Assembly (NCBI GenBank): GCA_030704615.1
Contig: CM060734.1
Coordinates: 60,574,001-60,638,000 of the forward strand
Reading direction: 5' to 3'
DNA from: Takakia lepidozioides
Lineage: Eukaryota; Plantae; Bryophyta
DNA: 64,000 nucleotides
Positions 24,390-35,663 of this stretch are shown piece after piece. Every line of letters starts with the position of its first letter. Positions within the stretch are counted from its first letter, which is position 1. The notes beneath the pieces are model-generated. The model was not told the DNA's origin. It worked only from the letters and a program-made list of their open reading frames with translations, and searched no databases. A program made the translations under genes and the position numbers.

Positions 24390-25974
24390 ATGTCCACGGA
24401 CACTTATCTTGTTCCTAACGTGGGAGAGAATCCCATGGCCATCCTTGCTCTTGATACGGAGGTAATTCTGGAAAAATCTGTGAACATTCGACATCAAATA
24501 TTAGTAGAGCGCACGTACATTGTTGGCTATCTAGGTCACAGATCGAGAAGTTCCAGCTTGATGACATGTAAATTTTGTGCATGCAGGCGGGCCAGTGTAA
24601 CTTGGAACGAGTTGAGGTGAAACCCCCACTGAGTTGGTTATACGAGGAATGTGTAGGAAAATTTGTCTCCGTGAGGCTCAAGTGGGGGAATACGTACAAA
24701 GGTGAGCCACTCTTCCCGGCCAGAATATACAATATTGGCAAGACGATAGATCTAAATGTTGCATGCATGGCGAATAATTCCGTAGTCTGAATACTACGTT
24801 AGAAGTAGACAAAGGAGTCATGTTTCGTGTCCAGGCCGGTCTCTGCATACGGTACTTGATTCACGCTGATTGACTGATCCCCAGTTCGATGCAGCTTCTT
24901 ATACTGTGTTGACAGTATTTACCTAGACTACTGAGGCTACACAAATATTACTCCATATGAATTCTGAAACTTTATTCCCAGGAGGATTCTGCATCCATGG
25001 ACATTCTTGACGGTCGGGGGATTGGAATGTCTACTATGTACAGGTAGAATGATCCATACTTTGAAACTCTATTGCGGGGATGTGGGATGTCCACTGCATG
25101 ATCACGCGGACATGCTTTTGACGGTTTTCCTCCTCTTGATGGTCCGGGGATTGGGGACTCTGACAGGTTACTTGCAGTCTACGGACACGCGCATGAACCT
25201 GCAGGCAAGTTCATCTTGTTCAATTTCTTCCTAACTTCATCGGACATCAATTTCAACATTGGAGTTGAGTTGTTGCCACTAGGTAAGTATGGTGTGCTGA
25301 GGCGCTATAACTTACGTCTGCATAAATATGAGCACGACCTTGGTGTGGCCTTGCACAGCTACTTAAAGCGCAGGAGCGTATAAAGGACGATGAAGACTTC
25401 GGAGCGGAAATTCTGGATGAAATTTTCGTAAGGTGTGTCAACTTGAACAGGCGCACCTGATAAAGTGTCTATATGTATATACACACATCTTCTGCTCGGC
25501 GGCCGATTTTGTACAGTGATGACTGAGCCACGCAATGCCCTTCAGGAAGGGGAGGAACTGAGGGAAACAGTATTCTATGCATTAAATTGTTTTGAAATGT
25601 ATCTGAGAACTGCTGGATTACTACCTCGAAACTCATCTCTATCGTTGCTGTGCCAATGATGTGCCAGACACAACAACGTGCTCTTCATGCAGTTTCTGGA
25701 GCTGCCGACTGGAGCTCCTTTGACGGTCACCCTGAGTTCGTCATCAGCCCCTGCTTTTCCAGGTGCACCCAGTGATGTCAAACAGAATGTGCCGCAGGAA
25801 AGCTCAGACAAACAGGAAGATGGCAAAAGTTCCCCCAAAGAAGGGAAAGCACGGCCCCAAGATGGCAATCGCAGTGCGCCCGAAGGCTCAAACGTTGCCA
25901 ATCTAAGAAACATCGTACACGGCCTGGAGGAGGTGAACTTGAATGAACGTGATCAGCACAAACAGAAGGGGTGA
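24390..25974 (+). CDS. Divergent SmF/LSm6-like protein with N- and C-terminal extensions. Exons 24390-24461, 24587-24701, 25167-25204 (GC donor), 25359-25432, 25668-25974
   Basis: Spliced product contains GKFVSVRLKWGNTYKGYLQSTDTRMNLQL (Sm1) and EIFVRHNNVLF (Sm2). All exon phases are compatible. Confidence 0.8.
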
Positions 25975-27207
25975 AAGCTCGCGGAATTATAAATTCAGGA
26001 CCACTGAGGCAGTTTCTGCTTCCTCTAGTCATGATTTTATTTGAGGACCTGAATCAGTAAGGGTCCAGGCATGTGCTCCTTTGAAGATTTTTTCTCGCTG
26101 CTCTAGATATGAGACTCCGCAAAAACGGTGCACTAAATAAGCCCTTCTGAAGTCTAGTTCACAGTGCTTCCAGGCCTGCATGTATGGAAAGGTGGTTAGA
26201 TATTACAAAGATTTGTCAAGATTGTCTCCAGCTGGGTGATGTGCAACTGGCAGCTTGTGGTCAGAGGATACTGGTGTAGGTGCTACCCCTCTTGACACAT
26301 GATCTTTCAAGTTCAGACACCAAAAAACTGCCCGTCCTTAACTAGACATGCACAGCCGGTTCCAAGGTAAATCTCAAGGCTCTACGACTTTTCATAAGGT
26401 TTGGGGGCACAGTATACTTACAGTACACTAACCAAGGGTTCAAGTGAGGGAGACAACGAGACCAAAAGGAAAACAGATCAGAGTTTCAGAGAAATGTACC
26501 TTGAGGGATGGGGAGAGGAGACCGACAAGACTAGATTGTCTCGCAAATCTGGCAGCCTAGTAGTTCATCCGGCCCTTGCTTCCTTCATCACCAATCTTCT
26601 CTATTGATTCCTGTGAGCCGTTTTTAGCTGGGATTGATCGCATATACTCTACAGACGAAAATTGCACTCAGGTCGCTCAATTGATTCTTTCCTCAACACG
26701 ATAGGCCTCTTTCTGTGGGGCCGCTGGATTTCATACCTGCAAGCTTCCTGTGCCCACTTCTTGAGTTTCCCAACCCTCCCAAATGAACAATTCTAGAAGT
26801 AAAATACTCCATTGTGAGGGGAAATTTTATAAGGAGTTTTGTTTTGGCATCAAATGTATGAGGACTTGTCAGACACTTTGTATGTTTTATCGCCATTGAA
26901 CAAGCCAGCCTCATGGGGTGTTGTACCTTTGCAACGACGTGTGCCTTTGCAGTCGTCCAGGGAGTGCTCACCTACGGTTGGCCTCCTATTACAAGGCCTA
27001 TGGGATCACCTCAAATACTGGGGGACCTCCTTCCATATATGCGCCTAGCTGCAACAAAACAACTTTTGCCCAAAATAGGTCCGAAGTCCAAATTTAGTCA
27101 AAATTTAGTCAAAATTTAGTCACTTGGCTCACCAACATGTTGTAGGGGTCCTCTCTATCTACATTCTAATCAGCTTGTCCACTCTGTCAGAAAATTGAGC
27201 GAATCTC

Positions 27208-28257
27208 ATGGAGATCCACAAGAATCCAGTGGGGTCTTGGATTAGAGGTGGTTTGATAGGCGTTGGGGCGTTTGGGAGGGTGAGCCTTGCACTGAACAGA
27301 GACGATGGGGGGATTTTTGCAGTCAAGTCCATTGAGTGGAGTGACAGGGATGCGGGTGCCAACAATTGTTTGAAAGCGCTAGAGAACGAGATCCAGGTGT
27401 TACAAAGTTTGGATTCTCGGTTCATCGTTCGTTGCCTAGGGAGCGATTGGAGCGAGGAGAATGGAAAGAGGATGCGGAATATGTTCTTGGAGTACATGCC
27501 TGGAGGAAGCCTGTCGGACTTACTGAAGCAGTTTGCAGGGACTGGGGGGCTCGATGAGCATTTGGTTCGCATCTACACGCGCAATATTTTGGAAGGAGTC
27601 GACTACCTGCACACCCGAGGTATAGTCCACTGTGATATCAAGGGGAAGAATGTGCTGGTTGGGAACGGGATTGTCAAGCTCACAGACTTTGGATCTGCCA
27701 AGAGAGTGGGACAAGGAGAGGTTGAAGGTAGTGCGTTCTTGAAAAGAGTGGATGGAACACCGCTATGGATGGCTCCAGAAGTGGTCAGACAGGTAGAACA
27801 AGGAACTCCCTCGGATATCTGGTCCCTCGGCTGCACAGTATTGGAGATGGCGACGGGACGACCTCCCTGGAATGATATCTCCAATCCTATGGCAGCTCTC
27901 TACCGTATTGGAGCCACACGTCAACTTCCTGCAGTGCCTGCTTCCCTTAGCCCTGAAGCTCATGATTTCCTGGATAAGTGTTTCCAGAGGGATCCCAGTA
28001 AGAGGTGGACCAGCTCTGCACTGCTGCGGCATCCTTTCCTCACTGATCGATCCTCCTTTGCCAGCATAATTTGTGAGCCTGCCAGCAAGACGCTGCCTTC
28101 TCCAACGAGCATACTGGACCAGTTCGGCAGCGGTGCGAATGAGTGTATTAGCGACATGATGGACTCCTCCTTTGAACTCACAGTCCCATTAGGCTTGACG
28201 TGCTCCTTTGAACACACCGTCCAATTAGGCTGGACACTCGGGCAGGAAACCGACTGA
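27208..28257 (+). CDS. Intronless MAP kinase kinase kinase (MAPKKK15-21-like)
   Basis: GVGAFG, AVK, HCDIKGKN, DFG, GTPLWMAPE, SPTSILD. Confidence 0.92.
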   Translation: MEIHKNPVGSWIRGGLIGVGAFGRVSLALNRDDGGIFAVKSIEWSDRDAGANNCLKALENEIQVLQSLDSRFIVRCLGSDWSEENGKRMRNMFLEYMPGGSLSDLLKQFAGTGGLDEHLVRIYTRNILEGVDYLHTRGIVHCDIKGKNVLVGNGIVKLTDFGSAKRVGQGEVEGSAFLKRVDGTPLWMAPEVVRQVEQGTPSDIWSLGCTVLEMATGRPPWNDISNPMAALYRIGATRQLPAVPASLSPEAHDFLDKCFQRDPSKRWTSSALLRHPFLTDRSSFASIICEPASKTLPSPTSILDQFGSGANECISDMMDSSFELTVPLGLTCSFEHTVQLGWTLGQETD

Positions 28258-29242
28258 GGCAACGCCTGGGCCCAATAGAGAGATGTAGTAATAGAGAGCT
28301 GGGGACTTGGTATGGTTCCAAGGCTATTTTAGATTAGAACTATCAACTTTTTATCTAGGGGATTCAAACCCAATCCAGTGGCGAAGAATGGCGATTTTGA
28401 AGCATTTTTTTAAATCTGGGAACTCAAACTCTCTCCGAAGAGGGCGAGTCGGGTGGCTTTGAAACTTTTCTGATCTTTTTCTTTTTTATTTTTCCTCTTC
28501 TCTATGAGAAAACTTGAACTTTCTCCGCAAAAGGAGAGTCCAAGGGAATCATTATTAATCGAATCTTAAGATGTTTATTACTTTCTCTTCGCCGATATAA
28601 ATTATCATAGAAACTTTCTGTGGTCTCAAAGGCCTCTTCAGGCTTGCTATGGCCATAACAAATATTCTCCTTCTCTCCTGTCTCTTATGTCAGAGTTTCC
28701 CTCAAAATGAAAATGAGAATGGCTCGCTTATTTTCACACCAGAATCTTCACATCTGCAGTATTTGTGTACAGTGTTTGTGACGACCTCAGTGGGTTTGTT
28801 TGGTTGATGGAGAGTAATTGCCAAGGCCTACATGCTAGCACAGAATGACAAGGGCACTGTGCCCAGTAACTTGGGATTGGATCTTGGTGGGTTAAGCCTA
28901 GCCTTCGACAACATTCATGCAAGTTTGTCAAGGGCTCTACCTGATGCACCACCACGAGAGACTTCTCCAAATTAAAGTTGTTGAACAAGCTTGTGCACAG
29001 GGCTGCCCCACTAATCAAGATCATTCATATTCACTTCCAACTCCAATGTTCAAAGATTTGGAGAAGATGCACCATCCCCAGAATTAGGACATCATTCTGA
29101 TTTCCTTTCCTGTGGATATGCCACCGGAAATGCCCTCAACAGTCTCATAGTCAGTATTCTCAGGAAATGGTGCAGGAACTGAGTAGCTACACAGATCAAT
29201 GAATGAAGCAAGACACTTGCATATTTCCAGAAAAACATCGTT

Positions 29243-32200
29243 TCACCAGTAATCCTCACAAGAACAAACCCCCTCTTCAAAGTGGTGAAAGCGGTTAGCG
29301 TCCCGTACAACAATTGCACGGCCAACAATCTTTGAGATGAACTTGGTGGAGGTATGGCAGTCACCACACACCCGAAGATTCTTGATGAGACGGAGAGGCG
29401 TCCTGGGGGTCGTGCTGATCAGCCCAAAACCAATGGCCAGCTTCTCACTGTGGTGGCAAAGAGAAAATTCCTTTTCCTCGTCCCCCACATCATGCAATAC
29501 AAAGCGCGTGTCAGGCACATACCCCGCCTCCTTCATCGGCCCAGACAATCTTCTCAGCTCAGCATGGATTTCCTTAATTCTGGGATGCAACTGGTCATCT
29601 ACAACGAAGGTGTGCACCCTCTTGCCAACCTCAATGCAGCAGCGACCTGGCTCCTTTCTAACCCCTCTGACCTTCATCATTCTTCTCACCTTTGCAGTAT
29701 CATCCCACCTGCCAGCTGCAGCATAGATGTTTGATAGCAACACATAAGTCGCGGCATCCTGTTCATCCCACTTGAGGATAGATGTTGCCGCACGTTCAGC
29801 CATCTCCACATTGCCATGGATTCTGCAGGCACCAAGCAAGGCCTTCCACACCACAACATCTGGATTCATTGGCATCTTATTAATCAGATCCACTGCCTCA
29901 TCCAGTTGTCCCACACGTCCAAGAAGGGCCAAAGTGCTTTACTGTCGGAGTGACACCATGATCTTGACTCAGGGAATCAAAGTAGCGTCTTCCTTCATTC
30001 AGTAGGCCAGTGTGGCTGCATGAAGAGAGAACACATATAAAGGTGACACTGTCCGGCTTCAAACCATTCTTTTGCATTCCTTCAAATAGTTGCAGGACCT
30101 CCCTATGACAACCATGCTGGGCATATCCTGCGATCATCGCGTTCCATGACACCACGTTTCGTTCAGCCATATTGTTGAACACTCCCTTCGCATCCTCAAT
30201 GCTCCCACATTTGGCATACATGTCCACCAGGGCAGTATTCAGAATGACATCGGGTACAATTCCAGATTTGACGATGACACCATGGACCTCTTTGCCCTTT
30301 TCCAGGGCTGCCAGGCTTGCACACGCAAACAAACGTTATGTGGTTGGGCTTCACCCCTTCGCACATCATTTGCTCATAGGTCTCCAAAGCCTCCATCCCG
30401 CGCCCTTGCTGTGCATATCCTGCAATCATCGCACTCCACGACACCACATCTCGTTCAGCCATACTGTCGAACACTCCCTTCGCATCCTCGCACCAGGGCA
30501 GTGTTCAGAATGACATTTGGCACAATTCCAGATTTGACAATGTTAACATGGACCTCTTTGCCCTTTTCTAGGGCTGCCAGGCTTGCACACGCATTGCAAA
30601 TGCAAACAAACGTGATGTGGTTGGGCTTCACCCCTTCCCGCATCATTTGCTCATAGGTCTCCAAAGCCTCCATCCCGCGCCCTTGCTGTGCATATCCTGC
30701 AATCATCGCGCTCCAGGACACCACATTTCGTTCAGCCATACTGTCGAACACTCTCTTCGCATCCTCGATGCACCCACATTTTGCATACATGTCCACCAGG
30801 GCAGTATTCAGAGTGACATCGGGTACAATTCCAGATTTGACGATGACACCATGGACCTCTTTGCCCTTTTCCAGGGCTGCCAGGCTTGCACACGCATTGC
30901 AAACGCAAACAAACGTTATGTGGTTGGGCTTAACCCCTTCGCACATCATTTGCTCATAGGTCTCCAAAGCCTCCATCCCGCTGCTGTGCATATCCTGCAA
31001 TCATCGCACTCCACAACACCACATCTCGTTCAGCCATACTGTCGAACACTCCCTTCGCATCCTCGATGCACCCACATTTTGCATACATGTCCACCAGGGC
31101 AGTGTTCAGAATGACATTTGGCACAATTCCAGATTTGACGATGTCAACATGGACCTCTTTGCCCTTTTCCAGGGCTGCCAGGCTTGCACACGCATTGCAA
31201 ATGCAAACAAACGTGATGTGGTTGGGCTTCACCCCTTCCCGCATCATTTGCTCATAGGTCTCCAAAGCCTCCATCCCACGCCCTTGCTGTGCATATCCTG
31301 CAATCATCGCGCTCCAGGACACCACATTTCGTTCAGCCATACTGTCGAACACTCCCTTCGTATCCTCGATGCACCCACATTTTGCATACATGTCCACGAG
31401 GGTATTGTTCAGAATGACATTTGGTACAATTCCAGATTTGACGATGTCGCCATGGACCTCTTTGCCCTTTTCCAGGGCTGCCAGGCACACCCATGGCAAA
31501 CGGAAACAAACGTGATGGGGTCGGGCTTCACCCCTTCCCGCATCATTTGCTCATAGGCCTCCAAAGCCTCCATCCTGCGCCCTTGCTGTGAATATCCTGC
31601 AATCATCGTGCTCCACGACACCAGATCTCGTTCAGCCATACTGTCAAACACTCCCTTTGCATCCTCGATGCACCCACATTTGTCCACGAGGGTATTCAGC
31701 CATAGTGTTGAAAACTCCCTTCGCATCCTCAATGCACCCACATTTGGCATACATGTCCACCAGGGTAGTGTTCAGAATGACATCTGGTACAATTCCAGCT
31801 TTGACGATGTCATCATGGACCTCTTTCCCCTTTTCCAGAGCTCCCAGGCTTGCACATGCATTGCAAACACAAACAAATGTGATGTGGTTGGGCTTCACCC
31901 CTTCGCGCAGCATTTGCTCGTAGGTCTCCAAAGCATTCCTACCACACCCATGCTTGCTAAATCCTGCCAACATTATATTCCACGTGATCAAAGATCGCTG
32001 AGGCATTCTGTTGAACACTTGGTGAGCATCCATGATGCTCCCGCGCTTAACATACATGTTGACAAGGGTGTTGAGTAGATAAACATTTGGCGTGAATCCA
32101 CTTTGGATAATGTGAGTGTGCACCTGCTTTCCTGCTTCCAGACCTTTCATCTTCATGCACTTAAGCAAGAGACGGACATACGTATCTGAATCTGCTGAAA

Positions 32201-32453
32201 TGCCTCCTCGGTTTAAAGTCTGTAGAGCCTCTGTCAGTCTGCCTACCTCACAAAGCATCTTCACATGCCCAGAAGTGCCAGAAGAGGCATTGTGGACTCC
32301 CTCTCTTGATCGTCTTTCAGAAGCTGTGGTCATGGTTGAGGTGCCTGATTTTATCAACTGTGCCGCTGCAGCTCCTGCCTTTAGTTGACCATCTACCCAT
32401 GCAGGTTTCTTGTAGCTATTGATCCACAGGGAATCATAGGTAATCTTGTGCTC
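29243..32453 (-). pseudogene. PLS-class PPR protein with E/E+ and DYW deaminase domain; several frameshifting deletions in the PPR array
   Basis: Repeated P-L-S triplets; KEPG box, HSEKLA, CGDCH and ...CSCEDYW* are intact. Frame breaks near 31690, 31490, 30980, 30490, 30330 and 29940. Confidence 0.92.
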
Positions 32454-34160
32454 CTGTTGTCACATTGGCAGTATCATGTCAAAGTCACTCCAAACTAGAT
32501 TCACTCAACCAGCTAACTTGCAGAATTCAACATGAAAATTTAGGGCCGATTCTGATAAGAGAAAACAGGGTGAAATGTGAAGAAGGTACCTTGATTAGCT
32601 GTGCCTGATTTTATCAATTCTGCCGCTGCTGCTGCGGCTTCCAGTTGACCATCTACCCAGGTTTCCTGTAGCTATTGATCCACAGGGAATCATAGGTAAT
32701 CTTGTGCTTGAAATCTGGCCCTCTTGGATGAATCTGGACCCACACTCTATCCCTGCTCCTTCAGCTATCCATGCCTCTGCACAAATCATGCACACATCCT
32801 TGCCTTGCTGCTAGCACCTGACAATGACAGCCTACATTTGTTCTAGGAAACACCCAACTCAGCTTATCACACTAGTTCCTATGCTGAATTGCATCTGCTA
32901 CTCTCTGTAATCCAACATGCATTCACCTTTTTGCCTCGATTGTCCCACCATTGACTGGGGTCAGAAAGTATTCATTCCACAGCTTCTCCTCGTCTCTGGT
33001 ACCCGTTTCTGGATGCTTCCCTGTTGCCACATTGGCAGTATCATGTCAAAGTCACTCCAAACTATCAAAGGTTCACTCAACCAGCTAACTTGCAGAATTC
33101 AACATGAAAGTTTTAGGGCTGATTCTGATAAGAGGGAAAAACAGGGTGAAATGTGTTGAAGAAGGTGCCTTGATTAGCAGTGCCTGATTTTATCAATTCT
33201 GCCGCTGCTGTTGCGGCTTCCAGTTGACCATCTACCCATGTAGGTTTCTTGTAGCTACCCTTCCACAGGGAATCATAGGTAATCTGGAGCTTGAAATCCG
33301 GCCCTCTTGGATGAATCTGGACCCACACTCTATCCCTGCTCCTTCAGCTATCCATGCATCTGCACAAATCATGCATACATCCTTGCCTTGCTGCTAGCAG
33401 CTGACAATAACAGCCTAGAATTGTTCCAGCAAACACCCCAACCCTACTTATCACACTAGTTCCTCTGCTGACTTGCGTCGGCCCTCAATCTGGACCTCTA
33501 TCCCTGGTCCTTCAGCTATCTTCCAGCAAACACCCCAACCCTACTTATTACAGTAGTTCCAATTCTGAATTGCATTCTGCTTCTCTCTGTGGTCCAACAG
33601 GCATTCACCTTTTTGTCTCCATTGTCCCACCATTGTCTGGGGTCCGAAAAGTGTCCATTCCAAAGCTTCTCCTCATCTCTGTTATCTGTTTTTGGATACT
33701 TTCCTGCTGCCATATCGGCAATAACTTGTCAAAGTCACTCCAAACCACCACAGATCCGCCCAATGAGCTAACTTACAGAATTCAATATGCATCTCAGGGC
33801 CGAGTCTGATGAGAGGGCAAAACAGGCTGAAATAGGTTGAAGAAGAAGGTGGCCTCACCACATTGTCCTTGACCTTGTGTCATGACCCACGGAGGATTTA
33901 ACCGACCATCAACCCAAAAGCACCTCATGTGTATGCTGCTTGTGTCTGTAGTCAGGTAATGTCGGATCGGTCTGTGAGAACCACCACGGTGCAGCTGAGC
34001 AGGCAGAGATTGAAACACGGCCTGCTAAGACCAAGCTGACTCTCCCAAGAACCTTGTAAACATCAAGAAGAATACGAAATCATGGTACTAACAGAAGCCA
34101 AGAGCCCACATTTGCAGGATGGACAAACTTCTTCACATCGTACATTACGAAAAAGCCACA
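32358..34160 (-). pseudogene. Tandem OSB-type PDF-motif exons forming the N-terminus of the PPR-DYW gene
   Basis: Exons 33703-33609 (EEKLWNGHFSDPRQWWDNGDKK), 33316-33169 (IHPRGPDFKLQITYDSLWKGSYKKPTWVDGQL), 33020-32927 (EEKLWNEYF.DPSQWWDNRGKK), 32733-32590 (IHPRGPDFKHKITYDSLWINSY). 32453-32358 (EHKITYDSLWINSYKKPAWVDGQL...) is in frame with the PPR ORF. Confidence 0.85.
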
Positions 34161-34567
34161 CCTTGCGATTGCGGTTGTCCCACGATCGTGAAGGATCTTT
34201 AAAAAACTTATGCCAGCTCTGCTCCGTGCTCCAAGGTAGAGGTTTGTGCTCGAAAATCTGACGGCATCAACATTTTGACAGGTCCTTTACTGAGGGGTGT
34301 TAGTGAGCTTTCAACGACATTCATGCAAGTTGTTTTGGGCTCCATTGGGCTCTACACGACGAGGAACAACGAACATGTCCAGACTTACACAGATGCTAAC
34401 CCAGCTTATGTTTGCAGTCTGGAGATTGTAGAGTGGTCTCTGAAAACGACCAAGGGAGGGAGAGTCATAGTTTTACTGAATCAGAGCAGACATTTTACTG
34501 ACAGAAAGCACTCAATGCCCCACAACTCAGGGCCCAAATGATAAGTGAAAGTAGAAATTTGGCATAC

Positions 34568-34651
34568 CTGATAAAAGAGCGCAGTCTTCCCAGCTCCACT
34601 CAACCCCACAAGTAAAATGGTGTTTGTCTTCTTCCGGTTGAATGCAACCCT
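34568..34651 (-). pseudogene. SRPRB: SRP receptor beta subunit exon fragment (P-loop)
   Basis: FNRKKTNTILLVGLSGAGKTALFYQ followed by a GT donor. No further SRbeta exons seen. Confidence 0.7.
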
Positions 34652-34657
34652 GAAATG

Positions 34658-35663
34658 CTCTCTTTCACTTGAGTTCTTTGTCTGCAAAACCAGCAAAAAT
34701 CAACAATGTAAGTGCACCCAGAAAACATGCGCAACTTTGCAGAGGCTGAACTCTCATGAGCAAATTACAATTCAGTTTTCTTCGTAGTCTATTAATGGAA
34801 GTGAACCTGGGGACTAAGCTTTTCAGAGATGTCCATAAATCAGTCAGAAGAAAACCAACAATGCCAATCAGTACAGTCTCTGCTAGATGCACGCAGCCAG
34901 GAATCCTATGTATATCCCCGGGGGGAGGGGAAGAAGGGTATCTGCACTCCATTGCCAATAGGAGCCTAGATTAAACCCTGCTCCAATATAAGCACCCAAC
35001 TTGACACAAACCTGAAAAAGAACAATCACTCACCAGTATGACAAGCAGGTGGACAAAAATTGCAGCAAAATCCATGAAGAGGTCAAGGCCATGCTTCACG
35101 TAGTCAAAGTCACCCTGGTTTGCCCTCTCAATGATCATTTGGGTGTCGAACAACACATAACCGACAAACAAAAGCAACCCTCCATATATCTGCAATCCAC
35201 CTCCACCAACACTCATTACAAAGCTCAACAGACTCAAGGAATTCATAAAGTGTGGAGGTGCCAAAGTATCATGACGACTCAAACAACAAAATATATGATA
35301 GAACCACATCTGTTGTATGTTCCCTAGGTTAGAAGCCCCGGAAGTTCCATGCTGGAGCAAGGAGAATATAAGCCACAGATTCTTAAGAGGAGGAGACACC
35401 TGTCTGTCAATCTAGGCGTAATTACTGCTCAGCCACATTTAAGCAGAAAGAGGGAGGTAGAGAAGACAGGAAATACCTCAATGTTGTACATCAAAGCTCC
35501 ACCACCAAAAAACAAGGAGCCAAGTTGGAGCAGCATCATGGTGCTAACAACTGATGACAAAACACCACCAAGAAACAAGTACTCGCGACGTCTTGCTAAC
35601 AACGCTGCTCCAGAAAAGCAGGCAAAGATGGCCATTGATCCAAGGAATGCCATCACCACAATG
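34658..35663 (-). pseudogene. BI-1: Bax inhibitor-1, last three exons only (35663-35477, 35189-35034, 34681-34658)
   Basis: AIFACFSGAALLARRREYLFLGG, YGGLLLFVGYVLFDTQMIIERA..GDFDYVKHGLDLFMDF, TKNSSERE. No 5' exons found. Confidence 0.85.

Noticed and set aside
29243-29650. U-to-C type (DYW:KP) editing domain
   Set aside because: It has a canonical PG box, HSEKLA, CGDCH and terminal DYW, so it is the C-to-U type.
30170-31920. CRISPR-like repeat array
   Set aside because: The repeats are ~300-bp coding PPR units without unique spacers, in eukaryotic context.
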